Positions 1-11,526 of a stretch of 64,000 nt of DNA are shown here, piece after piece (positions within the stretch are counted from its first letter, which is position 1; every line of letters starts with the position of its first letter). The notes beneath the pieces were generated by a model. The model was not told the DNA's origin. It saw only the letters and a program-made list of their open reading frames with translations, and searched no databases. The stretch is from Phormidesmis sp. (lineage in GTDB: Bacteria; Cyanobacteriota; Cyanobacteriia; Leptolyngbyales; Leptolyngbyaceae). A program made the position numbers and the translations under genes. The stretch is from NCBI GenBank assembly GCA_965248535.1, contig CBDFJR010000005.1:2112001-2176000 (forward strand). Reading direction: 5' to 3'.

Positions 1-921
1 GACAGGTGCTGCTCTCAGATAGCGTCACAGCTAGCACGACGACCGCAGGAGGCGAACAGAATGGGGGTCAAGCCCCAGCCGCCGCCTTTGAGTTTAGAAA
101 TTTGAGTTTAGAATTGGGCGATCGAGTCCGGGTGACCCGTGCCCCCTTCATCAATTTTCTCGCCACAGGCAACCTCAGCGTCAACGGCACCCTTGACAAT
201 CTCGAACCCGAAGGGGTGATTAATCTGACGGCAGGCCAAGTCAACCTATTTACCACTCAGTTTGTGTTAGCACGAGGCTCACGTCAGACCGCCCGGTTTA
301 CGCGGGGGCAAGGGCTTGATCCGACGCTCAATATTCGCCTCATCGCGTCGGTGTCTGAAGTCACCCGCAACCGCACGTCGAGCGCAGATGCGTCGGGCGA
401 GGTGCGCGACGATTCGCTGCTTGGCAACGAGTTTGGGGGCGCTGCAAACAGTTCGCATTCAAGCGAGAGTGACGGGCCCTGCCAGCCAACTGTTTGACAA
501 CTTAGAACTGACAAGCAGCCCTAGTCGCGGCAAAAATGAGATTATTGCGCTGATTGGCGGCGGCTTTGTCAACACCCTGGGTCGCGGCGACAGCACCTTA
601 GGCATCGCTAACCTTGCTGGCTCTGCTCTTTTGACCAATGTGCAAGGATTTATTGGCAATGCTCTAGGGTTTGGTGAGTTTCGTCTCTTTCCAACCCTGC
701 TAAACAATGAGCGGAGGAGCAGTTCGACCTTGGGGCTGGCCGCCGAGTTGGGGGTTGATATCACGGGCAGTCTGTCTGCCTCGGTGCTGAGAGTGTTGAC
801 CTCTGATCAACCGACGCAAATCGGGGTCAGATATCGGATTAATAATCGGCTGCTGTTGCGCGGCTCGACCGATTTTTCTGGCGACAACCGCGCTGTGGTG
901 GAGTATGAGACGAGATTTTAA
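1..921 (+). CDS. TamB/DUF490 translocation-assembly protein, C-terminal part (5' end outside window); +1 frameshift at G5 run 435-439
   Basis: ORF 6..497 (GNLSVNGTL..GQVNLFTTQF..LDPTLNI) continues in ORF 316..921 (LQTVRIQARVTGPASQL..YETRF). Deleting one G at 435-439 fuses them. Confidence 0.8.
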
Positions 922-942
922 GAACGGGTGATTAGGAGACGA

Positions 943-1261
943 TTAAACGATCGCTTGCAGTTGTTGAACGAGTTGCTGCGATTTCACCACGCCCTCAATT
1001 TTTTTCACAGGTTGGCCCTTGCTTAAAAACCACGATCGTGGGTAAGGCGTGAACCTGATATTGAGTCGCCAAATCAGGATAGTTATCGACGTTGATCTTA
1101 ACGATTTTGATTTGTTGCTTCATCGTGGTGTTGACTTCTTCTAAGATGGTTGCCATCAGTTGGCAAGGGCCACACCAAGGAGCGTAGAAATCAACGACTA
1201 GCGGCACTTCAGACGTGGAGAGCAAGTCTTGAAAACTGCCAAATTCTTGTTTAGCTGCCAT
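943..1261 (-). CDS. Thioredoxin (y-type/TrxQ-like); +1 frameshift near 1015
   Basis: WCGPC active site. Removing one base in GGGCC restores the C-terminus GQPVKKIEGVVKSQQLVQQLQAIV* (105 aa). Confidence 0.85.
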
Positions 1262-1470
1262 TTTGACACCTGCATGACTGGGATTCTCTTAAGCCTAGCG
1301 CTTCGGTAAAATTTCGGAACCAACTGTTAGAAAGTTTTGGGTTTTGGCAGCCATTGTGTGCCTATTGTCTGGGAAAGAATCGGCGATCGCGGCATCAGAT
1401 CATCCCTAGCAGAGGGCACAACCCGATCGCCGCACCCTCACCCAATCTTAAAAGCGCCTATCGCGGTTGG

Positions 1471-2373
1471 CTAACTGCCCGCATCGGTCTTCAGTTCACC
1501 GATTAGCTGGGTTAACTGATCGCTATCCGCCTTATAGACTTCACCGCAGAAATGACAGACCGCTTCAGCCCCTTCGTCTTTTTCGATCATGTCTTGCAGT
1601 TCGGCTTCACCCAAGAGTTTTAAGGCTCCTAACACGCGATCGAAGGAGCAGCCACAGTGAAACCGCACCATCTGCGTTTCGGGCAAAATCTCTAAGCCCA
1701 AGTCTCCCAACAGATCTTCCAACATCATCGGCAGGGTCTTGCCCGCTTGCAGCAGGGGCGTAAACCCTTGCAGAGACTCAATTCTAGATTCGAGCAAAGC
1801 CACTAGCTCATCGTCGATCGCCGCTTTGGGCATCACCTGAATTAAGATGCCCCCGGCAGCGGTCACGCCATTTGCTCCCACAAATACCCCTAGCACCAAT
1901 GCAGAAGGCGTTTGCTCAGAGCTAACTAAATAGTTCGTCAGGTCGTCGCCAATCTCACCCGATACTAACTCAACCGTGCTGGAGTAGGGATAGCCATAGC
2001 CCACATCTCGCACGACATAGACATAGCCACCTTGCCCGATCGCGCCTCCGACATCGAGTTTGCCTTTGGCATTGGGCGGCAACTCCACCTCTGGGTGATC
2101 GACATAGCCGCGCACGGTGCCGTCTAGCCCTGCGTCTGCCAAAACGCCCCCTAACGGCCCGTCCCCCCGCACCCGGATGTTGATCCGCGATTCTGCCCGC
2201 TTCATGCTCGACGCTAGCAGCAGTCCCCCCGCCATCGTGCGACCAAGCGCCGCCGTTGCGACATAAGAGAGCTTGTGGCGCTGCCGCGCTTCTTCGGTGA
2301 GCCGAGTTGTGATCACGCCCACAGCCCGGATGCCTCCGTCAGCCGCAGTTGCCCTTATTAACTGATCAGCCAT
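1471..2373 (-). CDS. hslO: Redox-regulated chaperone Hsp33
   Basis: CGCS...CHFC zinc-centre motifs and a typical HslO N-terminus. Confidence 0.95.
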   Translation of the reverse strand: MADQLIRATAADGGIRAVGVITTRLTEEARQRHKLSYVATAALGRTMAGGLLLASSMKRAESRINIRVRGDGPLGGVLADAGLDGTVRGYVDHPEVELPPNAKGKLDVGGAIGQGGYVYVVRDVGYGYPYSSTVELVSGEIGDDLTNYLVSSEQTPSALVLGVFVGANGVTAAGGILIQVMPKAAIDDELVALLESRIESLQGFTPLLQAGKTLPMMLEDLLGDLGLEILPETQMVRFHCGCSFDRVLGALKLLGEAELQDMIEKDEGAEAVCHFCGEVYKADSDQLTQLIGELKTDAGS

Positions 2374-2520
2374 GAAAAACCCTTACATTTCTTAACGAGT
2401 GGTATCTCTATTCTAGAAGGTTCGCTCCTTCCTCCGCCGGGCGAGAAGGACGATCGTCACTAACCTGCACTGAGGCGTTGACAAAGCGCTATCATAACGT
2501 TTGTCACAACAGGTTTCAGT

Positions 2521-3927
2521 ATGGGAAGGCAGCGTTCATTACTACTGTTCATCCTGGCGTTGGTTGCTGTGGCGATCTTTGTGATCGTCAAAGTTCCCAT
2601 GCGGCTAGGATTGGACTTGCAAGGGGGTTCACAGTTAACCATTCAGGTGAAACCCACCGCAGAGATTAAAAAAATTACCTCACGAGAACTTGAAGCCGTT
2701 CAGCGCGTGATTGAAGGACGAATTAATGGCTTAGGCGTGTCTGAGCCTGTTGTGCAAACCGTTGGGGATGACCAGATCTTGGTGCAGTTGCCCGGAGTGA
2801 GCGATCCGCAGCAAGCCGAGCGAGTGCTGGGAGGCACAGCCCAACTTGAGTTTAAAGCCCAAAAGCCAGGCACCGAGGCAGGACTCACGATCGAGCAGCA
2901 ATATCGTCAAGAATTGGTGGCTAAACAGCCCGACTTGAGAAAAGCGGGAGTGCAGACGGCGATCGACGATAACCAAGCCAAACTCAAAGCCACCGATCAA
3001 AAGATTAGCGCGCTTTTTGAGTCGTCTGGCATCACCGGGAAAAACCTCAAAGACGCATTCCCAGAAACCTCAGCCAACTCTAATGGCTGGAGTGTCGCGA
3101 TCCGCTTTGATCAAGAGGGCGGCGAGAAATTTGCGACGCTGACCAAAAACCTAGCAGGCACCGGACGCAGCCTAGGCATCTTTCTCGACAACGGGCTGAT
3201 CAGCGCGCCAAGTGTAGGCGTAGAGTTTGCTCAAACGGGCATCACAGGCGGCGGCGCAACCATCACCGGGCGATTCACCGCCGAACAAGCCACTGACCTG
3301 GCGGTGCAGCTTCGAGGCGGTGCATTACCTGTCCCGGTCGAGATCATTGAGAACCGCACCGTGGGAGCGACGTTGGGGCGCGACAGCATTCAGCGCAGCA
3401 TTTACGCAGGCATTGGGGGTCTGATGTTAGTGCTGGTGTTTATGGTGCTTTATTATCGGTTGCCGGGGGCGATCGCCTCGATCGCCCTGATCATCTATTC
3501 ACTGCTCACCTTTGCAGCCTTTGATTTGCTGGGGGTGACGCTGACCTTGCCGGGCATCGCCGGATTTATTCTCAGCATTGGCATGGCAGTTGATGCTAAC
3601 GTGCTGATTTTTGAACGCACTCGTGAAGAACTGCGGGCTGGGAAGACGCTGTATCGATCGGTCGAGGCTGGCTTTTTTCGCGCCTTTTCTAGCATTCTCG
3701 ATAGCAACGTCACGACCTTAATCGCCTGTGGAGCACTGTTTTGGCTAGGTGCCGGGTTGGTGAGAGGATTTGCCTTAACGCTGGCGTTAGGAGTGGTAGT
3801 GAGTATGTTTACCGCTCTTACCTGTAGTCGTACCCTGCTGTTAGCCGTTTTGGGCATTCAAGGGCTTCGCAAGCCAGAACTGTTTTGCCCCAACTTACCC
3901 GCAAAAACTTCAGAGGTCGCGTCATGA
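2521..3927 (+). CDS. secD: Protein translocase subunit SecD
   Basis: [21 protein letters not shown] motifs. Confidence 0.97.
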   Translation: MGRQRSLLLFILALVAVAIFVIVKVPMRLGLDLQGGSQLTIQVKPTAEIKKITSRELEAVQRVIEGRINGLGVSEPVVQTVGDDQILVQLPGVSDPQQAERVLGGTAQLEFKAQKPGTEAGLTIEQQYRQELVAKQPDLRKAGVQTAIDDNQAKLKATDQKISALFESSGITGKNLKDAFPETSANSNGWSVAIRFDQEGGEKFATLTKNLAGTGRSLGIFLDNGLISAPSVGVEFAQTGITGGGATITGRFTAEQATDLAVQLRGGALPVPVEIIENRTVGATLGRDSIQRSIYAGIGGLMLVLVFMVLYYRLPGAIASIALIIYSLLTFAAFDLLGVTLTLPGIAGFILSIGMAVDANVLIFERTREELRAGKTLYRSVEAGFFRAFSSILDSNVTTLIACGALFWLGAGLVRGFALTLALGVVVSMFTALTCSRTLLLAVLGIQGLRKPELFCPNLPAKTSEVAS

Positions 3928-4877
3928 AACTGCAAGTGATTCGCCAACGGGCGATTTGGTGGACGATTTCTTCGGCAATTATTATTGCGGGCATCATTGC
4001 GATGGTGATTTCGTGGAAGCAAATTGGTGCGCCGCTGCGTCCGAGTTTAGATTTTGTGGGCGGCACTCGTCTGCAAATTGAGCTTGATTGCACCCAGCCC
4101 AATAACTGCGATAAGCCGATCAACTTAGATGCCGTGCGATCGGTGCTAGATGCTCAGGGTTTAGGCAGCAGCAGCGTCCAGATCGTCGGATCAGAGCAGC
4201 GGGCTGTCTCCATTCGCACGGCGACGTTAGACGTAGATCAGCGATCGAAGCTGCAAGCCGATTTAACTGCAAAAGTTGGCAAGTTCAACCCCAAAACGAC
4301 CCAAATCGATACGGTCGGCCCGACACTGGGGAAACAGCTTTTCTCATCGGGTCTGCTGGCGCTGATTGTCTCCTTTGCAGGCATTGCACTTTATCTCAGT
4401 TTCCGGTTTCAGCTTGACTATGCCGTGTTTGCGATCGTCGCTCTGTTTCACGACATTTTGATCACGGTCGGCATCTTCTCTATTTTTGGCTTGGTGCTCA
4501 ATATGGAAGTCGATAGTTTGTTTATCGTGGCGCTGTTGACGATCGTCGGCTTCTCAGTCAACGACACTGTGGTGATCTACGATCGGGTGCGTGAAACGAT
4601 CGCCCTAAACCCCGGTCGCCACATTGATGATGTGGTAGACGATGCGGTCAATCAGACGTTGACCCGATCGATCAACACCACGCTGACGGTGTTGCTCACC
4701 CTCGTTGCCCTTTTCTTTTTTGGCGGAGAAACGCTGAAAAACTTTGCGCTAGCCCTGATTATTGGCTTCACAATGGGGGCTTATTCCAGCATTTTTATTG
4801 CCAGCACGCTGCTAGCGCTGTGGCGAGAACGCACCGGAAAGGCCGTATCAGGATCGACAGAGCAAGCGAGTAGCTAA
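3924..4877 (+). CDS. secF: Protein translocase subunit SecF
   Basis: [26 protein letters not shown] overlap with the secD stop. Confidence 0.97.
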   Translation: MKLQVIRQRAIWWTISSAIIIAGIIAMVISWKQIGAPLRPSLDFVGGTRLQIELDCTQPNNCDKPINLDAVRSVLDAQGLGSSSVQIVGSEQRAVSIRTATLDVDQRSKLQADLTAKVGKFNPKTTQIDTVGPTLGKQLFSSGLLALIVSFAGIALYLSFRFQLDYAVFAIVALFHDILITVGIFSIFGLVLNMEVDSLFIVALLTIVGFSVNDTVVIYDRVRETIALNPGRHIDDVVDDAVNQTLTRSINTTLTVLLTLVALFFFGGETLKNFALALIIGFTMGAYSSIFIASTLLALWRERTGKAVSGSTEQASS

Positions 4878-4881
4878 ATCC

Positions 4882-5304
4882 ATGAGCGATCGAGCGCCTT
4901 CAGATGAGCCAGATTCGACGATCGTGCCCTCTGAAAAAGACCCTACTTTTCAGGCGGCGGTGCAGCGACTCCATCAGTTGACCGTCTATGGTCGGTGGCT
5001 GACGGTGTTGGGGCTGTGGCTGACGGTGGGCAGCGTTAGCCTCTGGAGTTTGCGCTATCCGATTTCACTGCTTAGAGACTATTTCACTTGGGCGGCAGTG
5101 CGCTGGGCGATGGTGTTTCAGCCTTTGCCCGCTTTGGGCTTGGGGCTGTGTGCTGCGATGACGATCGCCGTTTTGGTCTGGCAGATTCGCAATGGGTTAG
5201 TTGGCTTGCCCAGAGCAGAACGCCAGCGCTTAGAGAGGCAGACGCTCAAGATTTGTGAGCAAGGATCAAGCCACCCACTGTGGAAATGGGTTCATCCAAA
5301 ATAA
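4882..5304 (+). CDS. Conserved cyanobacterial membrane protein, unknown function
   Basis: Two hydrophobic segments, GSSHPLWKWV end, directly after secF. Confidence 0.7.
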   Translation: MSDRAPSDEPDSTIVPSEKDPTFQAAVQRLHQLTVYGRWLTVLGLWLTVGSVSLWSLRYPISLLRDYFTWAAVRWAMVFQPLPALGLGLCAAMTIAVLVWQIRNGLVGLPRAERQRLERQTLKICEQGSSHPLWKWVHPK

Positions 5305-5442
5305 TTCGCCGCTGCAAAATCGAGGACTAAGGAACGTGGATTGATTAAAGGGGGGCGGTCTGTCGCTCTCTCAAGATACAAGGGGGCTACCAAACTTACA
5401 GTGATTAAATCATTGATATCTGCACTCATCGTTGCAATCAAT

Positions 5443-6978
5443 TTAATGACTAGCGTTGCGTGCACCTGAACGTTCTGCCCATTGTTGCAGGTGTTCTATT
5501 TGTGGCTGAGAGATCGATGCGAGAGGAACGGTTTCTTGAATCGATTCTAAAATGTCATCGGTAGTGAAATCTTGACGTTTCCCATTCTGACCTTTTCCAA
5601 AGGCCCGGTGCATTCCGTCGATGATCACTTGCTCGATTTCTGCGCCGCTAAAGTTTCGGGCTGTCCAGGCTAATTTTTCGCAGTCAAACTCTCTTAAACG
5701 ATTGGGGCGCAGTCGTTGGAGATAGATTTTGAAGATCTCTTGGCGCTCTCGATCGCTGGGCAAATTCAAAAAGAAAATCTCATCAAACCGTCCTTTTCGC
5801 AATAGCTCGGCGGGGAGCATCTGCACATTATTGGCAGTAGCCACAATAAACACAGGACTGGTTTTCTCCTGCATCCAGGTGATCAATGTACCAAACACGC
5901 GCCGACTCGTGCCCGAATCGCCATCATGGCCGCTGTTGAGGTTGCCAAAGGCTTTGTCGAGTTCGTCGATCCACAGCACGCAGGGCGCGATCGCCTCCGC
6001 AATTTGAATCATCTGCCGCATTCGGCTTTCACTTTCGCCGACAATGCCGCCAAACAGCCGACCCGGATCGAGCCTGAGCAGCGGTAGCCGCCACTCGTGG
6101 GCGATCGTTTTCGCTGAGAGTGATTTCCCCGTGCCTTGGATGCCCACCAACAGCAACCCTTTGGGATTGGGAATGCCATATCGCCGCGCCTCCTCGGTGA
6201 AGGCATCTTGCCGCATTCGCACCCATTGCTTGAGATGCTCTAACCCGCCCACACTTTTCAGCGATCGCTCTGCCGTGAAAAATTCTAAAATTCCAGTTTG
6301 CCGAATCGCTTGTTTTTTTGCCTCTAACACGTCGCTGATGTCGGTTTCGTTGACCTGCTGTTTGGTGGCGAGGGCTTTGGCTAACACTCGCTCAATGCGC
6401 GATCGGCTCAACCCTTGGCAGGCTTTGACAAGTTGTTCACGAGCCAGTCCGCTGATCTGTAGCTTGTCTGGCAACACGAGTTGAGAAATCAGGGACTCAA
6501 TCTCGATCGCGTTTGGCAGAGGAATATCCACCACCGTCACGATTTCGGTCAATTCAACAGGTAGTTCTAGCGTGTGGCTGAGTAGCACGATCGTGGTGCG
6601 ACTGCGCTTAAGTTCCTGCGCCAGATTTTTTAACTCGCGCACGATCGGCACATTATCTTTGCTATAAGGCTGCTTTAAAAATGGATGCAGATCCCGCAGC
6701 ACAAAGATTACCGCCTCTTGGGTTGCCGCTTTGCCAATGCGCGACAACGCCCCCATCACGCTGCCCTTATCGCTGCCGTTGTCAGTCCAGCCCCGCACAA
6801 TATCCCAAAGCAAAATGGCCCGTTCGGGCTGGTTTTTTGCCGCCACTTGCCGCAAAATTTCTTCGACGGGCGCTTCTTCAACAGCCACCAAATAGAGAAT
6901 CGAATAGTGGGCGCGAATCATTAAATCGAGCTGCTCAATCAGCCCTTGATGAGGCGATGGGTGAGAAGAGTGCATCAT
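5443..6978 (-). CDS. Ycf46-like AAA+ ATPase
   Basis: Walker A GIQGTGKS, Walker B WIDE, LLRKGRFDEIFF. Confidence 0.9.
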   Translation of the reverse strand: MMHSSHPSPHQGLIEQLDLMIRAHYSILYLVAVEEAPVEEILRQVAAKNQPERAILLWDIVRGWTDNGSDKGSVMGALSRIGKAATQEAVIFVLRDLHPFLKQPYSKDNVPIVRELKNLAQELKRSRTTIVLLSHTLELPVELTEIVTVVDIPLPNAIEIESLISQLVLPDKLQISGLAREQLVKACQGLSRSRIERVLAKALATKQQVNETDISDVLEAKKQAIRQTGILEFFTAERSLKSVGGLEHLKQWVRMRQDAFTEEARRYGIPNPKGLLLVGIQGTGKSLSAKTIAHEWRLPLLRLDPGRLFGGIVGESESRMRQMIQIAEAIAPCVLWIDELDKAFGNLNSGHDGDSGTSRRVFGTLITWMQEKTSPVFIVATANNVQMLPAELLRKGRFDEIFFLNLPSDRERQEIFKIYLQRLRPNRLREFDCEKLAWTARNFSGAEIEQVIIDGMHRAFGKGQNGKRQDFTTDDILESIQETVPLASISQPQIEHLQQWAERSGARNASH

Positions 6979-7044
6979 CGGCAGCCCCGCAAAGTCTTTT
7001 TTCTAGGATGACGCTTTGAGCGACTGTCTGGCTACAAAACCCAA

Positions 7045-7074
7045 ATTAACCTGACCTTTAATCGGATTTAACCT
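7045..7074 (+). promoter_or_regulatory. Putative Pho box (SphR site)
   Basis: ATTAACCT-gac-CTTTAATC-gga-TTTAACCT: 8-mers at an 11-bp period resembling PyTTAAPyPy(T/A). Confidence 0.6.
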
Positions 7075-7153
7075 CTAACGTCATGGGTTTGTTTATTGTG
7101 TTAATGCTGATAGTTGCAGTCTGATGCAATGAAGTTAGGGTTTTCGCTAGTTT

Positions 7154-7903
7154 ATGTTTTCGTCTGAAATCCCTGATCTCCAGCAGTCTTCTCAACAGCT
7201 TTGCATTCTACTGGTCGAAGATGAATCCATTATTCGCGAAACGGTTGCCCTAGCTCTGATTGAAGAAGGGTATGCGGTGATTGTGGCCGAAGACGGGCGG
7301 CAAGCCCTCACTCTGATTCGGAGTGGAACAACGAGAGAAGACGGCACCTTCTCGATCGACCTGATCATTCTAGATTTGATGCTGCCTTATGTGAATGGGT
7401 TAGATATTTGTCGATCGCTACGCCAACAAAACAATCTCACCCCCATTCTCATGGTGAGTGCGCGCAGCAGCGAAATGGATATTGTCGTTGGGCTAGAAGT
7501 GGGGGCAGATGACTATCTAATCAAGCCGTTTGGCCTACGAGAATTGATTGCTCGATGCCGAGTTTTGCTGCGCCGCAGTCGCCTGTCTGCCCAGACGCTT
7601 GATCAGTCTGTGCTTGAATTTCAAAATGTGGTGCTCTATCTCCAAGAATATCGAGTCACCGTCAGCGGCAAAGCGGTGGGTTTGTCTCCTAAAGAGTTTA
7701 TGCTACTGGAGTTATTTATGCGGCATCCGCGGCGAGTGTTTTCTCGTGATCAACTGCTAGAGAGCGTTTGGGGCATTGAGTCGATGAGTGATCCTAAAAC
7801 AGTTGATGTGCATATTCGCTGGCTGCGAGAGAAGTTAGAAACCGATCCTAGCGCTCCCCAATACATCATCACGGTGCGCGGTTTTGGCTATCGATTTGGG
7901 TGA
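7154..7903 (+). CDS. sphR: OmpR/PhoB-family response regulator, SphR-like
   Basis: REC ([17 protein letters not shown]) plus wHTH (KTVDVHIRWLREKLE, TVRGFGYRFG); upstream Pho-like box. Confidence 0.7.
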   Translation: MFSSEIPDLQQSSQQLCILLVEDESIIRETVALALIEEGYAVIVAEDGRQALTLIRSGTTREDGTFSIDLIILDLMLPYVNGLDICRSLRQQNNLTPILMVSARSSEMDIVVGLEVGADDYLIKPFGLRELIARCRVLLRRSRLSAQTLDQSVLEFQNVVLYLQEYRVTVSGKAVGLSPKEFMLLELFMRHPRRVFSRDQLLESVWGIESMSDPKTVDVHIRWLREKLETDPSAPQYIITVRGFGYRFG

Positions 7904-7949
7904 ACGCCCGTTAGTTCAGCGAGTGTTTTTGCTTGGTTGGTAGCGGCTT

Positions 7950-8014
7950 CTGTCCCCCAAATTCCCTAATTTTGGAGATCTAGGGGACGTTCTCGACTGG
8001 GTGCAGGAAGTCTA
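7950..8014. mobile_element. Degenerate partial MITE (same family as 36467-36633)
   Basis: GTCCCCCAAATT..TAGGGGACGTTC hairpin, ending TGCAGGAAGTCTA; the terminal CTA is the uvrB stop. Confidence 0.45.
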
Positions 8015-10015
8015 ATTGCGCTTCCCCAGCAGTTTATCTCGCAGGTGTTTGATCTTGTCTCGATATTTTGCGGCCTCTTCAAACTCCATGTTTTTGGCAG
8101 ATTCTTTCATCTGGGCTTCGAGTTGCGTGATCAGAGTGGGAATGTTTTCGAGCGGAATTTCGTCGGCTTTTTCATAGACTTGATCGAGTTCTTGAGCATT
8201 GAGACGACGTGAGACTTCTAAGAATGACAGAATTGAGTTGCTCGATCGCTTGATGATCGAGTAGGGAACAATGCCGTTTTTCTCGTTGTGTTCTTGCTGA
8301 ATCGCCCGCCGCTGCTCAGTCACGCTAATGGCTCTAGCCATGCTGTCGGTCAGATTATCGCCATAGAGAATCGCTTGACCTTCGACGTGACGCGCTGCCC
8401 GCCCGATCGTTTGAATCAGCGATCGCTCCGATCTTAAAAAGCCTTCTTTATCGGCATCCAAGATTGCGACGAGCGACACTTCGGGCAAGTCTAAACCTTC
8501 GCGCAGCAGGTTAACGCCGATCAGCACGTCAAATAACCCTTCTCGCAGATCTTGAAGAATTTCGATGCGCTCGATCGAGTTGATTTCTGAGTGCAAATAG
8601 CGCACTCTAATGCCCCGTTCTTGAAAATATTCGGTTAGATCTTCTGCCATGCGCTTGGTCAGAGTCGTGACTAAAACGCGCTCATTTTTGGGCAGTCGCT
8701 CTTGGATCTCGCCGAGCAAATCGTCAACCTGTCCCTGAGTCGGACGGACGAAGATTTCGGGATCGAGAACGCCCGTCGGTCGAATCACCTGCTCGGCAAT
8801 ATGATCTTCAGAGAGTCCGACTTCCCAATCTCCAGGAGTCGCAGACACAAAGATACACTGATTAACTTTCTGCCAAAACTCCTCGTTTTTGAGAGGGCGA
8901 TTATCGGCGGCACTCGGCAACCGAAAGCCGTGATCAATCAACACTTTTTTGCGAGACTGATCCCCGTTATACATCGCTCTGATTTGGGGCAGCGTGACGT
9001 GAGACTCGTCAATCACTAATAGCCAATCTTTAGGAAAGTAATCGATTAAGCATTCCGGCGAGTCGCCAGCCGCACGCCCTGCTAGGTGACGCGAATAGTT
9101 TTCGACTCCGTTGCAAAATCCGACTTCTCGTAAGACTTCTAAGTCATATCTGGTGCGTTGGTCAAGGCGTTGTGCTTCGAGTAATTTTCCGTCTTTTTCG
9201 AGTTCTTCTAAGCGTTCTTTTAGCTCAGTGTCGATCGCATCACAGGCCGCTTCTAAGCGATCTTCTGGTGTGACAAAGTGACGAGCGGGATAGATGTTTA
9301 TCGCTTCCATGCTTTGCAACGTTGCCCCCGTCACGGGATCGATATAGCGGATTGCGTCAATTTCATCTCCAAAAAACTCGACGCGAATAATCCGATCTTC
9401 GTAGGCGGGCCCAATTTCTAGCACATCGCCCTTAACGCGAAATTTTCCTCGACCTAAATCAAGATCGTTGCGGCTATATTGCACAGACACCAAATCTCGC
9501 AAAATCTGGCGCTGATTGACTTCTTCTCCCATTCGCAGAGGAATCGCAGCCTTCAAATATTCACTCGGAATGCCCAACCCATAGATGCAGCTAATCGAGG
9601 CGACGACGATCACATCTTTGCGTTCAAACAGCGATCGGGTGGCAGAGTGCCGCAGCATATCGATCTCTTCGTTGATTGATGCCGTCTTCTCGATAAACGT
9701 GTCGCTAACGGGAATGTAGGCCTCTGGCTGATAATAGTCGTAATAGCTGATGAAATATTCAACCGCGTTGTCAGGGAAAAACTCGCGCAACTCGTTGCAA
9801 AGCTGGGCTGCTAGAGTTTTGTTGTGGGCTAACACTAGAGTAGGTCTGCCCAAATTTTCGATCACACGAGCGATCGTGTGGGTTTTTCCGGTGCCTGTTG
9901 CGCCGCGCAGGGTTTGATATTGAGTCCCGGCTTCGATGCTTTTGACAAGACTAGCGATCGCGCTGGGTTGATCGCCTGTGGGTTCAAACGGGGCTTGAAT
10001 GTGAAAGTCTGCCAT
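8012..10015 (-). CDS. uvrB: Excinuclease ABC subunit B
   Basis: [23 protein letters not shown]-terminal UVR domain. Confidence 0.98.
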   Translation of the reverse strand: MADFHIQAPFEPTGDQPSAIASLVKSIEAGTQYQTLRGATGTGKTHTIARVIENLGRPTLVLAHNKTLAAQLCNELREFFPDNAVEYFISYYDYYQPEAYIPVSDTFIEKTASINEEIDMLRHSATRSLFERKDVIVVASISCIYGLGIPSEYLKAAIPLRMGEEVNQRQILRDLVSVQYSRNDLDLGRGKFRVKGDVLEIGPAYEDRIIRVEFFGDEIDAIRYIDPVTGATLQSMEAINIYPARHFVTPEDRLEAACDAIDTELKERLEELEKDGKLLEAQRLDQRTRYDLEVLREVGFCNGVENYSRHLAGRAAGDSPECLIDYFPKDWLLVIDESHVTLPQIRAMYNGDQSRKKVLIDHGFRLPSAADNRPLKNEEFWQKVNQCIFVSATPGDWEVGLSEDHIAEQVIRPTGVLDPEIFVRPTQGQVDDLLGEIQERLPKNERVLVTTLTKRMAEDLTEYFQERGIRVRYLHSEINSIERIEILQDLREGLFDVLIGVNLLREGLDLPEVSLVAILDADKEGFLRSERSLIQTIGRAARHVEGQAILYGDNLTDSMARAISVTEQRRAIQQEHNEKNGIVPYSIIKRSSNSILSFLEVSRRLNAQELDQVYEKADEIPLENIPTLITQLEAQMKESAKNMEFEEAAKYRDKIKHLRDKLLGKRN

Positions 10016-10382
10016 AGTCTAGATAGAAGTCCAGATTTATTGGGTTTTGGCTCAAACTCGTGTCTAGTCGGTGAGAGTCGGATGGCCTAGTAGACGATGA
10101 ACCCCACTCTTTCTCTAGTGTAGCGATCTTGGGGGGTCGATCGCTGGATCAGGGGGTTAGACCCGATCGCGGTGCCACACGATGAACCCCTGACAGCGGC
10201 GATCGATCGTGGCACCCTCTCAAAGTCATCACAGTGCCACGATCGCCATGGACGATCGTAAATTTTTCCGGATGGGGAATTTGCAGGGTGTAGTAAGCAA
10301 ATCATCAACATTTGATGAGAAGCCGCATAAACAACCGGGCTAGACCCTACTTTAAAACCAGTGCAGTCAGGAGAGATGAATC

Positions 10383-11492
10383 ATGAAGATGAGAGCGCTC
10401 AGTCATAGCGTGATCATGGGCAGCCTGCTAGGGGTAGTGTGGATGCTGCCCGCCACGGCGCAACAAGCGATGCTAACTCGTGGCGAAGTCTATAAACTGC
10501 TCAACAATGTAGAACTGCTGCTCAACAACCGATCGCCGCGCACCGCCAGAGTGTCAGATGTGATGGTGCCCCAAGATGCCCTCCGCACGGCAAGTCAATC
10601 AAAAGCCGAATTGCTGTTTAACGAAGGCTCGCTGGCTCGCATCGGCTCAAACGCAGTTTTTCGCTTTATTCCGGGTCTGCGGGGCTTTCAGCTTAGAAAT
10701 GGGACGGCGCTGATCATGAGTCCGCCCACGACGGCATCGACTCGCATTGAGACGCTAGAAGGGCAAGCCGTTGCTGAGATTCCGGCGAGTTCACCCCCCG
10801 GCTCTGCCCCCGCTAATGTCTTGAGTCTGGCGATGGTGGTGCAAGTTGATGGGGTAAACAAAAAATCGGATTTCTATAACCTCACCAGCACCCCCATTAA
10901 GATCACCGACGCTCAGGGCAAGTTTTTGTTTATCAACGGAGGGCAAACCGTCTCTGTGCTCAAAGGCACGTTAGGGGAAGTCAAAACCTTTGACCTGCGG
11001 ACGTTTTATAAAACCAGTGGGTTAGCCTTGGGCTTAGGCCCTGGGCAAGACCCGATCGTGCTGCAAGAAGCACCTCCTGTGCAGCAAACCCTAAGAGCAG
11101 TCAGAACGGCAACCCTGGCAACGCTAGAGTTGCAGACCAAAGCGATCGAAGGACTCTGCACCCTCAACGCCAGAGGCGGAGCCAGCACCCTCGCCACTAA
11201 CTGCATCACAACTAACTCAGACGACCCCCTGCGCGGCTATCTCGATCGCCGTGACGTGGTGACTCCGGTGCCCGATCGACCCACTCCTACCCTGCCGCCG
11301 CCCGTTGTAACAGTTCCGCCGCCCGTTGTAACAGTTCCGCCACCCGTTGTAACAGTTCCGCCACCTGTTGTAACAGTGCCCCCAAATCCGAATACTCCGC
11401 CTGTTAACACCAATACAGGTACTCCAGTGCTGGTGCAGGGTGGCAACAATCCAACACTGCCAGCCACCAATCAGCCGCCCGTAGTTCGCTAG
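10383..11492 (+). CDS. Secreted FecR-domain protein with Pro-rich tail
   Basis: Signal peptide, AELLFNEGSLARIG FecR-like segment, (PPPVVTV)4. Confidence 0.75.
   Translation: MKMRALSHSVIMGSLLGVVWMLPATAQQAMLTRGEVYKLLNNVELLLNNRSPRTARVSDVMVPQDALRTASQSKAELLFNEGSLARIGSNAVFRFIPGLRGFQLRNGTALIMSPPTTASTRIETLEGQAVAEIPASSPPGSAPANVLSLAMVVQVDGVNKKSDFYNLTSTPIKITDAQGKFLFINGGQTVSVLKGTLGEVKTFDLRTFYKTSGLALGLGPGQDPIVLQEAPPVQQTLRAVRTATLATLELQTKAIEGLCTLNARGGASTLATNCITTNSDDPLRGYLDRRDVVTPVPDRPTPTLPPPVVTVPPPVVTVPPPVVTVPPPVVTVPPNPNTPPVNTNTGTPVLVQGGNNPTLPATNQPPVVR
11295..11378 (+). repeat. 4 x 21-bp coding tandem repeat (CCGCCGCCCGTTGTAACAGTT)
   Basis: Directly visible; encodes PPPVVTV. Confidence 0.95.
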
Positions 11493-11526
11493 TTGAGATC
11501 ACAATTCCCCCTTATTTATTACCTGG

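Noticed and set aside
10087..10311. Small ORF or ncRNA between uvrB and the FecR-like gene
   Set aside because: Short GTGCCACGAT inverted repeats and HIP1 variants only; no recognisable RNA family or coding signal
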